64,000 nt of DNA from Eubacteriales bacterium (GCA_045598385.1 JAZLLY010000016.1:68064-132063); one strand, 5' to 3'; positions 27,216 through 38,286 are shown, counted from the stretch's first letter. Numbers and translations are program-made. The notes: generated by a model not told the origin, from the sequence alone.

Positions 27216-29222
27216 TTATTGATTTTCAAAATAATGGTCGATTGCATTTTTCAGAGTTTCCATAACGGCAAGCGCAGATTCGGAAACGACCTGTGCGCCG
27301 GCAACTTCAAAGCGGCCGCCGCCGTTGAGTTCCTCAAGGATCAACTGCACGTTCACAGAACCGTTGGAACGCCCGGAAATGTGGATATGATCGCCGATGC
27401 GAACGAGAGAAAATGCGGCGTCGATCCCCTTAAGCGTCAGTAACTTATCCGCCACTTTTGACGCGATGATACGGTAGGATTCATCGGTATTGCCGTCGCA
27501 GGAAGACAAAGCTATATTATCGTGATAAACGGTAATCGAAGTCATGAATCTGGCTTCTTTGCTGAGATCCTCGACGCTGGAACGGAAAAGGTCGAACACG
27601 TCACTCGGGTTAGCACCGGCGCTTCGCAGATACTGCGCGGACGCAAACGTCCTCGTTCCGGTATTTCGGGTGAACTGTTTGGAATCCAAGAGGATGCCGG
27701 CGAGAAGAAGATTGGATTCGATCTTCAGAAGATTGTTTGCCGGAGTCACGCACTCGAGCATCTCCGCCACAAGTTCGCAGGAGCTGGAAGCCGACGGCTC
27801 TATATAACAGAGTAAAAGATTCGGAACGGTCTCTTCTCCCTTTCTGTGGTGGTCAACGAGCGCGATTTTTTTCGCTTGCTGTGCCACGTCGGCAAACTGT
27901 GTTCTTGGAAGAGAGTTGACGTCTGTGATGATCAGAAGCGTCTCGGGACCCATAAGGTCAAAAGCTTCCGCGCTGTCAACGAATACCTGTTGATAATCTT
28001 CCCATTCCTTGAGAAGTGCGACGCAACCTGCCAGGTTATCGTCACGGGGATCGAGCGCGATATTGACTTTCGCGCCGCACATCATCGCAAGTCTCGCAAG
28101 ACCGACCGACGCGCCGATGGAGTCAAAATCACCGTAACGGTGTCCCATGATGACAACATTATCGGAACGACTGATCAGTGAGCACAACTGCCCCGTAACG
28201 GTACGGCTGCGGACGTTCGTCTTTTTATAAACACTCTGCGTTCTGCCGCCGTAATAGACGATACCGTCTTTGGTCTTGACGACCGCCTGGTCGCCGCCGC
28301 GGGAGATCGCAAGGTCCAACGCTTCCGCCGCGTTCTTCTCTCTTTCGGCAAGAGTGTCGCCAAGATCGGAAATACCGATCGAAACGGTCAAAGAAACGTC
28401 GTCGCCGATGCGATTGTTACGAATCGTTTCAAGCAAGGAAAAACGGTCGTTGATACATTCATTCAGATGCTTTCTGTCCATCAGCAGAATATATTTTTCA
28501 TGGTCGTAGGACTTAAGAAAAGCACCCATTTCATCCGCCCATGCTTTGAGCGTTTCATCAATAGCTGCTGTTGCTTCAATAGAGTTGACGTGCACGAAAC
28601 GGATGGCATCTTCGACATTATCGAGGACGAGATATCCGACCGCGTTCCACTCGTTGTCATACTTCAGAGCCAGTTCGTGCTCTTCGGAATAATCCGTCAG
28701 AGTAACGACGTAAATCGTCGCGCTTTCATCCTTGATCGCGGTGGACTGCAAACGGTATTCTTTATCATTTATCCTGGTGACGCGTCCGGAAAGGTCAACG
28801 GGATTTCCATAGATAGGCCCGAGAATTTTCGATAACGTCGAATGAATATCTATCGGCTCCTCGAATACGGATCTGGCGACGTCGTTACACCAAAGGACAA
28901 AGCCGTTCGCGTCGGTAAACAGTGTGGGGAAAATGGCGTTGGCGAAATAATCGGACGATTTTTCACCGATCATCTTTTCAACGGTCAGTTCATCCTGTTT
29001 GGTCAGAGGCGTGGGTATAAAAGTCGTAAATATCGCGCTGATGACGAGATAGGCAACGACTGCGACGGCGACCGAAAGCCCGAGAGATAACAGTTGATCG
29101 TCAAGAAGAAAATACGAAGAAAAACCGAGGATCAAAAGGAAGACGCACCCCGATATCGCATATACGGACGCATAGCGAAAGGAAAGCGGCATGGATTGAC
29201 GGAATGATTTTTTGTTCTTCAT
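27216..29222 (-). CDS. gdpP: GdpP-type cyclic-di-AMP phosphodiesterase (DHH/DHHA1)
   Basis: Two N-terminal TM segments, a PAS-like region, a degenerate GGDEF region and DHH motifs (GHRYGDFDSIGA, VDHH). The yybS-gdpP-rplI-dnaB gene context is conserved. Confidence 0.88.
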   Translation of the reverse strand: MKNKKSFRQSMPLSFRYASVYAISGCVFLLILGFSSYFLLDDQLLSLGLSVAVAVVAYLVISAIFTTFIPTPLTKQDELTVEKMIGEKSSDYFANAIFPTLFTDANGFVLWCNDVARSVFEEPIDIHSTLSKILGPIYGNPVDLSGRVTRINDKEYRLQSTAIKDESATIYVVTLTDYSEEHELALKYDNEWNAVGYLVLDNVEDAIRFVHVNSIEATAAIDETLKAWADEMGAFLKSYDHEKYILLMDRKHLNECINDRFSLLETIRNNRIGDDVSLTVSIGISDLGDTLAEREKNAAEALDLAISRGGDQAVVKTKDGIVYYGGRTQSVYKKTNVRSRTVTGQLCSLISRSDNVVIMGHRYGDFDSIGASVGLARLAMMCGAKVNIALDPRDDNLAGCVALLKEWEDYQQVFVDSAEAFDLMGPETLLIITDVNSLPRTQFADVAQQAKKIALVDHHRKGEETVPNLLLCYIEPSASSSCELVAEMLECVTPANNLLKIESNLLLAGILLDSKQFTRNTGTRTFASAQYLRSAGANPSDVFDLFRSSVEDLSKEARFMTSITVYHDNIALSSCDGNTDESYRIIASKVADKLLTLKGIDAAFSLVRIGDHIHISGRSNGSVNVQLILEELNGGGRFEVAGAQVVSESALAVMETLKNAIDHYFENQ

Positions 29223-29241
29223 GAGTGTCCTTTCCCGGTAT

Positions 29242-30234
29242 TCACATATCTCCGGTATAGTGATCCGAAAGTCTGTTGGCTACAATGACGGCGAGAACGC
29301 CGTTCAAAGCAATGATCCTGATGGCAATAGAACTGAAAAAGAGGACAGAAGCGAAAAGCAGAAGATAGAAAAGTCCTTTTCTGTTCTTTCTTCTTTGAAT
29401 GGTGAACAGTAAAAAGCGGAATCCGATATAAGCGAACACAACGAGGAAAATCAGATAAAGATTCATGAGAACAACGCTGAAAGTTGACTCAAGATCGACA
29501 ATGAATAATTGAACGAAAAAGAGCAAACAGAAAAAATAAGCAAAGGAAGGCGGGACGGTAAATCGCCAGATCTGAATATACTCATCTTCTTTGCATACCC
29601 TTTTGCGGATAAAGGCAAATAATTTCAGCGTGATGCCGCAAATGAAAAACGCGAGAATAACGACACCGGCAATGGACAAACGGAAAAGAGTATCAATGAT
29701 CGACGATACGAAATCGTCACCGTAATATTCATGGATCGAGGCATATTCCGGTTGATTGAAAGACGCTTCAAACGCGTTTTCAAGGTTCCCAATAAATAAA
29801 GACAGCGTTTCGCCTACGGCTTCTTTTGCAAAAGATCCGGCTATACTGCCGATCCAGGCATAACCGATCCCGACGAGGCAGAAAGACAGAGCAAGTGTCA
29901 CAAATAGTACGACGTCCGGTTTTATCATCCGGAACGAATACCCGTAACCGATAAGTGCGCTGACAAGGATCAGAGAAACGGCGCATGACAGATAAGAAAG
30001 TCCGAAAAATACGGAAGGAAGAAGCAAAAGCGCAGATAGTAAAGCAAAGAGCAACGCGTGCATTTTCCGATCGTTAACGGAAGCGAGAAGGCAGGAAAAA
30101 CAAGCCGCCGAAACGGCAAAACTGATAACGACGCTTCCAGTATAAGCCGAAAGCCATCCGAAACAGAGCGCAAGGGTGAAAAGCCAGCCGATCGCCTTGT
30201 TATCTATATTGTATTTATCTCTGTTTTCTTGCAT
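29242..30234 (-). CDS. YybS-family (DUF2232) membrane protein
   Basis: A polytopic membrane protein directly upstream of gdpP, as in other Firmicutes. Start set at MQENRDKY, which follows GGGAGTGG. Confidence 0.7.
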   Translation of the reverse strand: MQENRDKYNIDNKAIGWLFTLALCFGWLSAYTGSVVISFAVSAACFSCLLASVNDRKMHALLFALLSALLLLPSVFFGLSYLSCAVSLILVSALIGYGYSFRMIKPDVVLFVTLALSFCLVGIGYAWIGSIAGSFAKEAVGETLSLFIGNLENAFEASFNQPEYASIHEYYGDDFVSSIIDTLFRLSIAGVVILAFFICGITLKLFAFIRKRVCKEDEYIQIWRFTVPPSFAYFFCLLFFVQLFIVDLESTFSVVLMNLYLIFLVVFAYIGFRFLLFTIQRRKNRKGLFYLLLFASVLFFSSIAIRIIALNGVLAVIVANRLSDHYTGDM

Positions 30235-30339
30235 GAAATCCACTCCCGACAATATTTCAATATATTATATCATAAAAATTTAATAAAGTAAAGATAAAAT
30301 AAAAATAATCCGTTAACAGAGGGGAAACAAAAATATTCC

Positions 30340-30368
30340 TTGCAAAGATGTGACCTTTGTTGTACAAT
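30340..30368 (+). promoter_or_regulatory. Putative sigma-A promoter of recG
   Basis: TTGCAA, 17 nt, TACAAT. Confidence 0.45.
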
Positions 30369-30390
30369 ATTAGAATAAGGGGGTGAAAGG

Positions 30391-32517
30391 ATGGAACTGT
30401 CAGCATCAGTCACAAAAATATCCGGTGTCGGTGAAGAACGTGCAAAAAAGATGCAAAAGCTCGGCATCGAAACCGTCCGGGATCTCCTTTTCTTTTTCCC
30501 GAGAACTTACGAAGTTCGCGGAGACGTGACCGCCGTCGCAAACGCACCTGTCGGCTCAACGGTTTCTCTCGTTATGAAAGTCGGCACCGACGTCACTTTT
30601 TCCAAAACGAAAAACGGCCGTGTCATGTATTCTTTCAGAGCATACGACGAAAGCGGCTCGATTTTCGTCATTTTCTTTCAGTCTCCTTACGTCAAGCAGA
30701 TATTCAGGCAGGGGATGACTTTCCGTTTTTACGGTAAATTATCCTGGTTCGGCAAAACGCTCGCCATGACCTCGCCGAAATATGAACCTTTGATCCCCGG
30801 AATACCTCTTCCCTATTATCATCCCGTTTATCCGCTGACGGCGGGCTTGAACTCCAAAACCATTTCTTCCATCGTTCATAACGCCCTTGATACCGTTCAG
30901 AATCAGATAACCGATCCGCTTCCGGAGGACATTCGCCTGTCTTACCGTCTTCCGACACTCGCATACGCCGTCAAAAACGCGCATTTTCCTCTTGATCGCG
31001 ACGCACTGTCCATGGCAGTCCGGCGGCTGGCTTTTGACGAATTGTTTGCATTTGCGCTACTGATCGCAAAAGTGTCCGAAATGCAGAGGCAAAAAGCAGG
31101 GGTCAGAATCGAAAAGCCGGATTTCGCACCGCTTGACGCAGCGCTCCCCTTTTCCCTGACCGATGGACAAAAAAACGCGATAAACGAGATCCTTTCCGAC
31201 ATGACGGAACAAAAGAACGGGGCGATGAGCAGAATTCTCATCGGTGACGTCGGCTCAGGAAAAACCGTCTGCGCGCTTTACGCCGCTTACGCCGCTATAC
31301 GTTCCGGAACGCAAGTTGCTTTTATGGCTCCGACCGAGATCCTCGCGTCACAGCATTTCGCAGCCGTTCAAAAGATTTTCAAAGACCTCAAAATTAACGC
31401 AGCGCTTTTGCTCGGCAGTACCAAAAAATCCGAAAGAACAAAGATTTTATCCGGCGTAAAATCCGGAGATATCCATATTCTGATCGGCACCCACGCTCTT
31501 CTGAACGATGAAGTGGAGTTTCAAAAATTAGGTCTGCTCATTACGGACGAACAGCACAGATTCGGCATCAAGCAAAGGGCTAACCTGAAATCCAAAAACG
31601 AATCCGCGCACGTCCTCGTCATGAGCGCAACGCCGATCCCCCGCTCCCTCGCTCTCGCACTTTACGGGGATCTGAACGTTTCGAGGATCTTTGAAATGCC
31701 GAAAGGAAGACAAAGAGTCGATACCTATGTCATTGACGAATCCTACCGGGAAAGACTGTTCGGATTTATCGACAAGCAGATCAAACTCGGCGGACAATGT
31801 TACGTCGTTTGTCCCGGTATCATAGACGAAGAAAACGAGGAAGAAGAATCCCGTTCCTTCGACGATATCCTGTCACAAAGAACCGATGCCATCGCGACAA
31901 AAACGAAGTCGGTGACATCACAATCCGAAGAATTAAAAACCGTATTTCCGAATTATAAAATCGGCATCCTGCACGGAAAAATGAAACCGGCAGAAAAGGA
32001 AGCGGTGATGGAAGAGTTCCGAAACGGAAGCATCAAGATTCTCGTTTCCACGACAGTCGTGGAGGTAGGTGTTGACAATCCGAACGCCACTCTTATGATC
32101 GTCGAAAACGCCGACCGATTCGGTCTTTCACAGCTTCATCAGCTTCGCGGACGGGTCGGAAGAGACGATAAAAAATCTTATTGCATCCTTATTTCCGACG
32201 CAAAAACCGAAAACGGAACGGAACGTCTGAATATCATGAAATCCGTCTATGACGGATTTATGATAGCGGAAAAAGATCTCATCATGCGTGGACCGGGAGA
32301 CTTTTTTTCATCAAATCAAGAAGATAGTTTTAAGCAGAGTGGCGAGTTTCATTTTCGCTTCGCTTCTGCAGAGCGGGATGAAAAATTCATGGAAAGCGTC
32401 TTTGCCACAGCCAAATCGCTGATCGCCGCCGATCCCCAACTTAAGGAACCATCCCATTTGGCTCTTCAATCTTACATACTCCCGTACGTGGATACAAACA
32501 TAACGACTATCTCGTAA
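30391..32517 (+). CDS. recG: ATP-dependent DNA helicase RecG
   Basis: Wedge/OB N-terminal domain and SF2 helicase motifs (GDVGSGKT, DEQHRFG, SATPIPRS, QLHQLRGRVGR). Confidence 0.95.
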   Translation: MELSASVTKISGVGEERAKKMQKLGIETVRDLLFFFPRTYEVRGDVTAVANAPVGSTVSLVMKVGTDVTFSKTKNGRVMYSFRAYDESGSIFVIFFQSPYVKQIFRQGMTFRFYGKLSWFGKTLAMTSPKYEPLIPGIPLPYYHPVYPLTAGLNSKTISSIVHNALDTVQNQITDPLPEDIRLSYRLPTLAYAVKNAHFPLDRDALSMAVRRLAFDELFAFALLIAKVSEMQRQKAGVRIEKPDFAPLDAALPFSLTDGQKNAINEILSDMTEQKNGAMSRILIGDVGSGKTVCALYAAYAAIRSGTQVAFMAPTEILASQHFAAVQKIFKDLKINAALLLGSTKKSERTKILSGVKSGDIHILIGTHALLNDEVEFQKLGLLITDEQHRFGIKQRANLKSKNESAHVLVMSATPIPRSLALALYGDLNVSRIFEMPKGRQRVDTYVIDESYRERLFGFIDKQIKLGGQCYVVCPGIIDEENEEEESRSFDDILSQRTDAIATKTKSVTSQSEELKTVFPNYKIGILHGKMKPAEKEAVMEEFRNGSIKILVSTTVVEVGVDNPNATLMIVENADRFGLSQLHQLRGRVGRDDKKSYCILISDAKTENGTERLNIMKSVYDGFMIAEKDLIMRGPGDFFSSNQEDSFKQSGEFHFRFASAERDEKFMESVFATAKSLIAADPQLKEPSHLALQSYILPYVDTNITTIS

Positions 32518-32528
32518 AGGAACATTCT

Positions 32529-33761
32529 ATGAATCAATCACCGTTAACGGAAAGGATCCGTCCTGACACATTGGACGAAGTCGTCGGTCAGACGCATCTC
32601 GTCAGTAAAAACGGCATTCTGCGCAAGATCGTGGAATCCGGCAGAATATCCAACATGATCTTCTTCGGACCTCCCGGCGTGGGAAAAACGACCGTTGCGA
32701 ACATTATCGCCAAAACATCCGGGAAGCAACTCTATAAGCTGAATGCGACGACCGCTTCCCTGTCTGACATCAAAGACGTGATCGCTGCCTCATCCGATAT
32801 TTTCTCGGAGGGAGGCATCCTTCTGTATCTCGACGAAATCCAGTATTTTAACCGCAAGCAACAACAGTCGCTTCTTGAATTCATGGAAAACGGAAAGATC
32901 ACTCTGATCGCATCAACGACGGAAAATCCTTACTATTACATTTACGGCGCATTGCTCTCCAGGGCATCCGTCTTTGAATTCAAGCCTGTCAAACCTATCG
33001 AAGTTTTGCCTGAGATGAAACGGGCGTTAGCCGTTCTTAACGAAGAGTTTTCCGTCGAAAAAACCGTATCGGATGATCTGCTCCTCACCATTGCTTCCAA
33101 GACAGGCGGCGATGTCAGAATGAGCATCGGCATCCTCGAAAACGCTTTCTACGTCACCGAAAAAGATATGACGATGGAAAACGTCGAACCTCTCCTCCCG
33201 AAATTGGCGGGAACGTTCGACCGCGAAGGAGACGTTCACTACGATCTTCTTTCCTGCCTGCAAAAATCCATACGCGGTTCCGATCCGAACGCCGCCGTCT
33301 TCTATCTGGCAAGGATCCTTGCGGGAGGAGACCTGATCTCTGCTTGCCGCCGTCTTCAGGTGATAGCGTCGGAAGACATCGGCTGTGCCTATCCGCAAGC
33401 CGCCGCCATTACCCGCGCCTGTACCGAAAGCGCAAAAGAACTCGGTCTGCCGGAAGGGGCGATACCGCTCGCAAACGCCGCCGTCATCCTCGCCACCGCA
33501 CCGAAATCCAACACGGCGCATGACGCTTACTACGCCGCGCTCGCCGATCTTGAAAGCGGAAAAGGCCTTACGGTACCGAAGCATCTGAAAAGTCCGGATT
33601 TTGAGGGCTACGTATATCCGCATCTCTACCCCAATCACTACGTAAAACAGCAATATCTGCCCGATGACATCAAAGACCGGGAGTATTATCACTTCGGAGA
33701 CAACAAAACCGAACAAGCCGCAAAAGCGTACTTTGAGTTTATCAAAAAATCGATTTCATAA
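32529..33761 (+). CDS. rarA: Replication-associated recombination protein A (RarA/MgsA AAA+ ATPase)
   Basis: GPPGVGKTT, LYLDEIQYFN, a MgsA_C-like region (IRGSDPNAAVFYLARIL) and VPKHLK. Confidence 0.93.
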   Translation: MNQSPLTERIRPDTLDEVVGQTHLVSKNGILRKIVESGRISNMIFFGPPGVGKTTVANIIAKTSGKQLYKLNATTASLSDIKDVIAASSDIFSEGGILLYLDEIQYFNRKQQQSLLEFMENGKITLIASTTENPYYYIYGALLSRASVFEFKPVKPIEVLPEMKRALAVLNEEFSVEKTVSDDLLLTIASKTGGDVRMSIGILENAFYVTEKDMTMENVEPLLPKLAGTFDREGDVHYDLLSCLQKSIRGSDPNAAVFYLARILAGGDLISACRRLQVIASEDIGCAYPQAAAITRACTESAKELGLPEGAIPLANAAVILATAPKSNTAHDAYYAALADLESGKGLTVPKHLKSPDFEGYVYPHLYPNHYVKQQYLPDDIKDREYYHFGDNKTEQAAKAYFEFIKKSIS

Positions 33762-33767
33762 CAACTG

Positions 33768-33796
33768 TTGACAAAAAAGTGCTATTATGTTATAAT
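33768..33796 (+). promoter_or_regulatory. Consensus sigma-A promoter of the lipid kinase gene
   Basis: TTGACA, 17 nt, TATAAT. Confidence 0.55.
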
Positions 33797-33841
33797 TTTC
33801 GTATAAAAAAGTTTTTGCCTTCTTAAACGGAGATAAAATAT

Positions 33842-34789
33842 ATGATATATCATTTCATTCTTAATCCGAAATCGGGAAAGAAACGGAAAGATAAGCACTA
33901 CGAAAAAGAAATTGTCAACGCTTGCGAATTGCGGCAACTTGACTACCGGATATATTACACCGAGAGCAAAGGCGACGCCACCACTTACGTCAAAGATATG
34001 ATCAAACTCTCCCCCGAGCGTCAGCGTTTCATCTGTGTCGGCGGAGACGGAACGATCAATGAGATCGTGAACAGCGCACCTGCGAATCCGAACGTGGAAT
34101 TCGGCGTCATTCCCGGCGGTTCGGGAAATGATTTCGTGCGCAATTTTACTTGCCGTAAACTTTTCCAGAACATTTCGGCACAACTCGACGGTGAGCCGAT
34201 GTCCCTGGATCTGATCCGTTGCAACGACACCTATTGCGTCAATATGGTCAACATCGGATTCGATTGTGCTGTGGATAAAGAAGCAATACGTCTGAAAAAG
34301 ACGAAACTCGTATCCCCCGGTATGTCCTACATTTTTGGCGTCATCGTCGTTCTTTTCCGTCACTTCGGCACGAAAATGAAAGTCATTTTTGACGACGGCG
34401 AAGTCATTGACAACGAACTGTTGCTTACCGCGATCGGAAACGGGCAGTATTGCGGCGGCGGTTTTGACTGTGCGCCTCACGCCCTGCTTCAGGACGGTCT
34501 TATGGATGTTTGCGTCGTCAATAAGATCACAAGAATGAAGTTTATCTCGATGGTCTCCAAATATAAAAAAGGAACGTTCCTGCGTGACGAAAAGATCATG
34601 CAGTGCATTCGCTACAGACAAGTACCGCATTTCCGCATGGAGTTCGACGAATCCATTCCCGTTTGTATCGACGGCGAGATCAAAACCTCGCAAGCGATTG
34701 ATTTTTCCGTGGTCAAGGACGGGGTTCAGTTCGTCATTCCCAAGGGATGCAGCTTAAAATATGCCAAAGTTTCCGACTTGCCCAACTAA
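33842..34789 (+). CDS. Diacylglycerol/lipid kinase family protein (YegS/DagK-like)
   Basis: DAGK_cat motifs (GGDGTINE, PGGSGNDF) and a C-terminal YegS_C-like region. Confidence 0.85.
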   Translation: MIYHFILNPKSGKKRKDKHYEKEIVNACELRQLDYRIYYTESKGDATTYVKDMIKLSPERQRFICVGGDGTINEIVNSAPANPNVEFGVIPGGSGNDFVRNFTCRKLFQNISAQLDGEPMSLDLIRCNDTYCVNMVNIGFDCAVDKEAIRLKKTKLVSPGMSYIFGVIVVLFRHFGTKMKVIFDDGEVIDNELLLTAIGNGQYCGGGFDCAPHALLQDGLMDVCVVNKITRMKFISMVSKYKKGTFLRDEKIMQCIRYRQVPHFRMEFDESIPVCIDGEIKTSQAIDFSVVKDGVQFVIPKGCSLKYAKVSDLPN

Positions 34790-34811
34790 TTGACCGACCG
34801 GGAGTTTCCCC

Positions 34812-37025
34812 ATGAATATATTGGACAAAAGACCGCTCAGTATCGTTTTGACAGGGATACTGAGCGCTTTTGTCCTTTTTTGTCGTTTTGGCACGACGGT
34901 CAAAATAATTTTTCTTATTGTGAACGCAGTTTTGCTGTTTCTATCGTTTCTTCCGAAACTGGGGGTAAAACGGCTCTTCCGCACCCTGCTTTGCGCGACA
35001 CTTCTCTTTGCTCTTCTTTCCGACTTTTATTTCAACGGCTTCTATTTCGCAGAAAAAAGATTTGAAGGCGAAATCGAGGCAACAGGCATCATCACCGAGA
35101 TATCTTATGCGGAAGAAAGCGTTGCACACTTTACGTTACGCACCGACAACATGAATGAAAAAGCGTTTTCTCACTATTCACTTCGCGTCACTATTGAAAA
35201 CGTCAATGGCTCCGACTTAAACGTCGGTGACAAGATACGATTGAAAGGCACACTACAACCTCTCGACGACGCTTACGACTACGGAATCGGTATTTCAGCG
35301 ATTGCCGTTTCGGATCAACCCTATGAAAAAATATCCGAAGACAACAGGACTCTGCGTTTAATGTTCTCCGATATACGGAGAAAGGCGTCCGCTCTCATCA
35401 TGAGCACCTCCGAATCGGAAGAAGTGGGCGGACTATTATCAGCTCTTCTGCTCGGTGACAGGAGCGCCCTTTCACCTCAGCTCGCACTTGACTTCAAACG
35501 TATCGGCGTATCTCATATTCTCGCTTTGAGCGGTATGCACCTCGCGATCATTTCTCTTTTCCTTTCTGCTATTTTATCCGTTTTCGGCGTGGGAAAGAAA
35601 GGAACGAAAATCGTACTTCTGATTTTCGTTCCCATTTACATCATCCTCACCGGTGCTTCCCCCTCTATCCTGAGGGCGGGCATTATGCTGATATTCTATT
35701 CGATCCTATTTCTTCTTTGGGAAAGTAACGATTCTCTGACAACCTTACTTCTTTCGGTCTTCCTCATCCTCGTTTTTGAACCTTACGCCGCCTTTTCTTC
35801 CTCGCTCTGGCTCTCGGCTCTTGCGACATTCGGCGTCATTTCTTTTCCGGTAGTGTTAGAAAAGAAACCGAAGACCAAACTTTTCTGCTACATATTTTCA
35901 TCCGTAATCTTCTCTTTTTCCGCTCTGTTTCCGACGTTGCCGATCACGGCATATCTCTACGGTTCTTTCTCTATCCTATCGCCGTTATCCACGCTTTTAT
36001 TAGCGTTTTTAACACAGGCTTTTATCTTTCTCGGGATATTTCTGTTCCTGTTCGGAAAGATCATCCCTGCCTCTTTTCTTCTTGATAAACTCTATCAATG
36101 CATCGGGAAAACAGCAGAATCGTTATCGGACATTTCTTTTTGCACGATCGACGTCTCTTTCGTTTTTACGAAAATACTGATCGGTATTTTTCTGATTTGT
36201 GCCGTTCTCTTTTTGATCCGCAAGGTCCGTCGCAAAGGCCTGTGTTTTATGTCCCTTGTTCTGTTTTTGTTTGTGATAGGCGGTTGCGGTGCTTTGCTTC
36301 AGATACGTGCAACAGAAAATGAAAGTATGTATTATCTGCCGAAAGTCAAGGACGAATATATCGTCGCCTTTTCCGGAGGAAAAACAATACTCTTTGACTA
36401 TTCGACCAACACGCCGTCAAAAACCTACGACCTGCAAGAGGATCTTTCATCCTTACATATTTCAACGCTCGATACCCTCGTGATCACGCAGTACGCCGCG
36501 TCGCTGCCATCTTCTCTGTCCGCCTATCTCTCACGTATTCCCGTACGTGAGATCTATCTGCCGGTCGCACAGAACGCGGAAGAAACGGATATTCTTTCAG
36601 CCGTGCGGGATGAACTGCAACCGTTCCGCACATCCGTAAGCTTTTACGAGGCAGACGAACATATCGGCTTTGAGAACATCGCCTGGCATCCAATCTATAT
36701 ATCTCGTTACGGTTACGATTCCGGGTGTGTCATGGTCGTCACCCGCGATGCCGATTCTTTCTATACGTATTTCGGAAAAGGCACATATTTCGATCTGAAA
36801 AAAGAAACGGCAGCCGATCTGACGGCAAACAGTCTCGCCGTCATATTCGGTTGCCATGGAAATAAGGCGAAAAACGCATCGGTGATAAACTTACATAACG
36901 ACCATCTGACCGTTGCCGTCTTTGCCGATGAGGACGTAAAAATCAACAGGGAAAGCGACCTTTCTTCAACAGAAATATACGCCGCAAGTTACCTGCCGAC
37001 AATCATTCCTTTATACGTTGAATAG
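34812..37025 (+). CDS. comEC: ComEC/Rec2-family DNA internalization protein with a degenerate C-terminal metallo-beta-lactamase-like domain
   Basis: Has an N-terminal DUF4131/OB region and the Competence domain (GVSHILALSGMHLAII). The C-terminal ~235 aa are colinear with the MBL domain but lack the HxHxDH signature. Confidence 0.8.
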   Translation: MNILDKRPLSIVLTGILSAFVLFCRFGTTVKIIFLIVNAVLLFLSFLPKLGVKRLFRTLLCATLLFALLSDFYFNGFYFAEKRFEGEIEATGIITEISYAEESVAHFTLRTDNMNEKAFSHYSLRVTIENVNGSDLNVGDKIRLKGTLQPLDDAYDYGIGISAIAVSDQPYEKISEDNRTLRLMFSDIRRKASALIMSTSESEEVGGLLSALLLGDRSALSPQLALDFKRIGVSHILALSGMHLAIISLFLSAILSVFGVGKKGTKIVLLIFVPIYIILTGASPSILRAGIMLIFYSILFLLWESNDSLTTLLLSVFLILVFEPYAAFSSSLWLSALATFGVISFPVVLEKKPKTKLFCYIFSSVIFSFSALFPTLPITAYLYGSFSILSPLSTLLLAFLTQAFIFLGIFLFLFGKIIPASFLLDKLYQCIGKTAESLSDISFCTIDVSFVFTKILIGIFLICAVLFLIRKVRRKGLCFMSLVLFLFVIGGCGALLQIRATENESMYYLPKVKDEYIVAFSGGKTILFDYSTNTPSKTYDLQEDLSSLHISTLDTLVITQYAASLPSSLSAYLSRIPVREIYLPVAQNAEETDILSAVRDELQPFRTSVSFYEADEHIGFENIAWHPIYISRYGYDSGCVMVVTRDADSFYTYFGKGTYFDLKKETAADLTANSLAVIFGCHGNKAKNASVINLHNDHLTVAVFADEDVKINRESDLSSTEIYAASYLPTIIPLYVE

Positions 37026-38105
37026 GAATTCGACGACGTCGCCGTCGCGCATAACATATTCTTTACCCTCACTGCGCAAAAGTCCGAGTTCTTTGACTTT
37101 GACTTTACTACCCTCGCGGGAGAGATCGTCAAAGGAAACAACTTCGGCGCGGATAAAGCCGCGCTCGAAATCAGAATGGATCTTTCCGGCGGCGCCGGGT
37201 GCTTTCGTGCCCTTTGTGATCGTCCAAGCTCTGACTTCTTTCGGTCCTGCTGTCAGAAAACTGATGAGACCGAGAAGCGAATAACTCGATTGGATCAATT
37301 TTTCCAGACCGCTCTTTTCGATTCCCAGATCATCGAGAAACGCGGTCTTTTCTTCTTTCGGCAGTTCGGCGAGTTCGGCTTCTATCTGCGCGCTCACCGC
37401 GATGATCTCGCTCCCCTCGGATCGTGAGTGTTCTGCGAGTTTTTTATATCCCTCGTTATTCTTATAATCGCCGGAGACCTCGTCTTCCGAAACGTTAGCG
37501 ACGTAAACGATCGGTTTCAGCGTCAGAAGACGTGACTCATCGATCAACAGTTTTTCGTCGTCGGACAGATCAAGCGTTCTCGCGCATTTACCGTTTTCGA
37601 GACAGTCTTTCACTTTATTGAGTACGTCAACTTTTTCCATAAGTTTTTTATCGCTCTTTGCCGCTTTAACGGTGCGATCAATAGCGCGTTCGACGATTTC
37701 AAGATCGGAGAGAATCAACTCATCATTGATGATCCCAACGTCACGTAAAGGATCGACCGTTCCCTCCACGTGAATGATATCTTTGTTTTCAAAGCAGCGA
37801 ACGACGTGAACGATGGCGTCAACTTCTCGGATATGGGACAAAAACTTATTTCCGAGACCTTCTCCGTTGGAAGCCCCTTTGACAAGTCCGGCGATATCCA
37901 CGAACTCTATCACGGCGGGGGTATATTTTTCCGCGTGATATATTTCATTCAGACGGTCCAGTCTTCCATCTGGAACGGCAACGACACCGACGTTCGGATC
38001 AATCGTGCAAAAAGGATAATTGGCGGACTCTGCCCCCGCATTGGTAAGCGCGTTGAACAGAGTGCTTTTTCCGACGTTAGGAAGTCCGACGATTCCGAGT
38101 TTCAT
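37011..38105 (-). CDS. ychF: Redox-regulated ATPase YchF
   Basis: [21 protein letters not shown], a TGS-like C-terminus ([30 protein letters not shown]). Start moved to 38105. Confidence 0.95.
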   Translation of the reverse strand: MKLGIVGLPNVGKSTLFNALTNAGAESANYPFCTIDPNVGVVAVPDGRLDRLNEIYHAEKYTPAVIEFVDIAGLVKGASNGEGLGNKFLSHIREVDAIVHVVRCFENKDIIHVEGTVDPLRDVGIINDELILSDLEIVERAIDRTVKAAKSDKKLMEKVDVLNKVKDCLENGKCARTLDLSDDEKLLIDESRLLTLKPIVYVANVSEDEVSGDYKNNEGYKKLAEHSRSEGSEIIAVSAQIEAELAELPKEEKTAFLDDLGIEKSGLEKLIQSSYSLLGLISFLTAGPKEVRAWTITKGTKAPGAAGKIHSDFERGFIRAEVVSFDDLSREGSKVKVKELGLLRSEGKEYVMRDGDVVEFLFNV

Positions 38106-38181
38106 AGTGATCCCCCAAGGTTTAACATTCATGACGAAGTATATCACAAATCGGCGTATTTTGCAAGATGTTTTCATGATT

Positions 38182-38225
38182 TCACAGTTTTATCACAGTT
38201 TATCCGTTGACATTTCACATTTCAT
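38182..38225 (+). promoter_or_regulatory. Phased TCACA direct repeats (11-bp register) overlapping the response-regulator promoter
   Basis: TCACAGTTTTA (38182), TCACAGTTTAT (38193) and TCACATTTCAT (38215). The offsets are 11 and 22 bp, and the repeats flank or overlap the -35 element. Confidence 0.4.
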
Positions 38226-38235
38226 TTGGTATAAT
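38207..38235 (+). promoter_or_regulatory. Consensus sigma-A promoter of the response regulator gene
   Basis: TTGACA, 17 nt, then TATAAT with a TGG extended -10. Confidence 0.55.
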
Positions 38236-38286
38236 AATTGTGAAGATGTGCATTTTTTGAACGAAGTTTACAATTATGGAGGCAAT

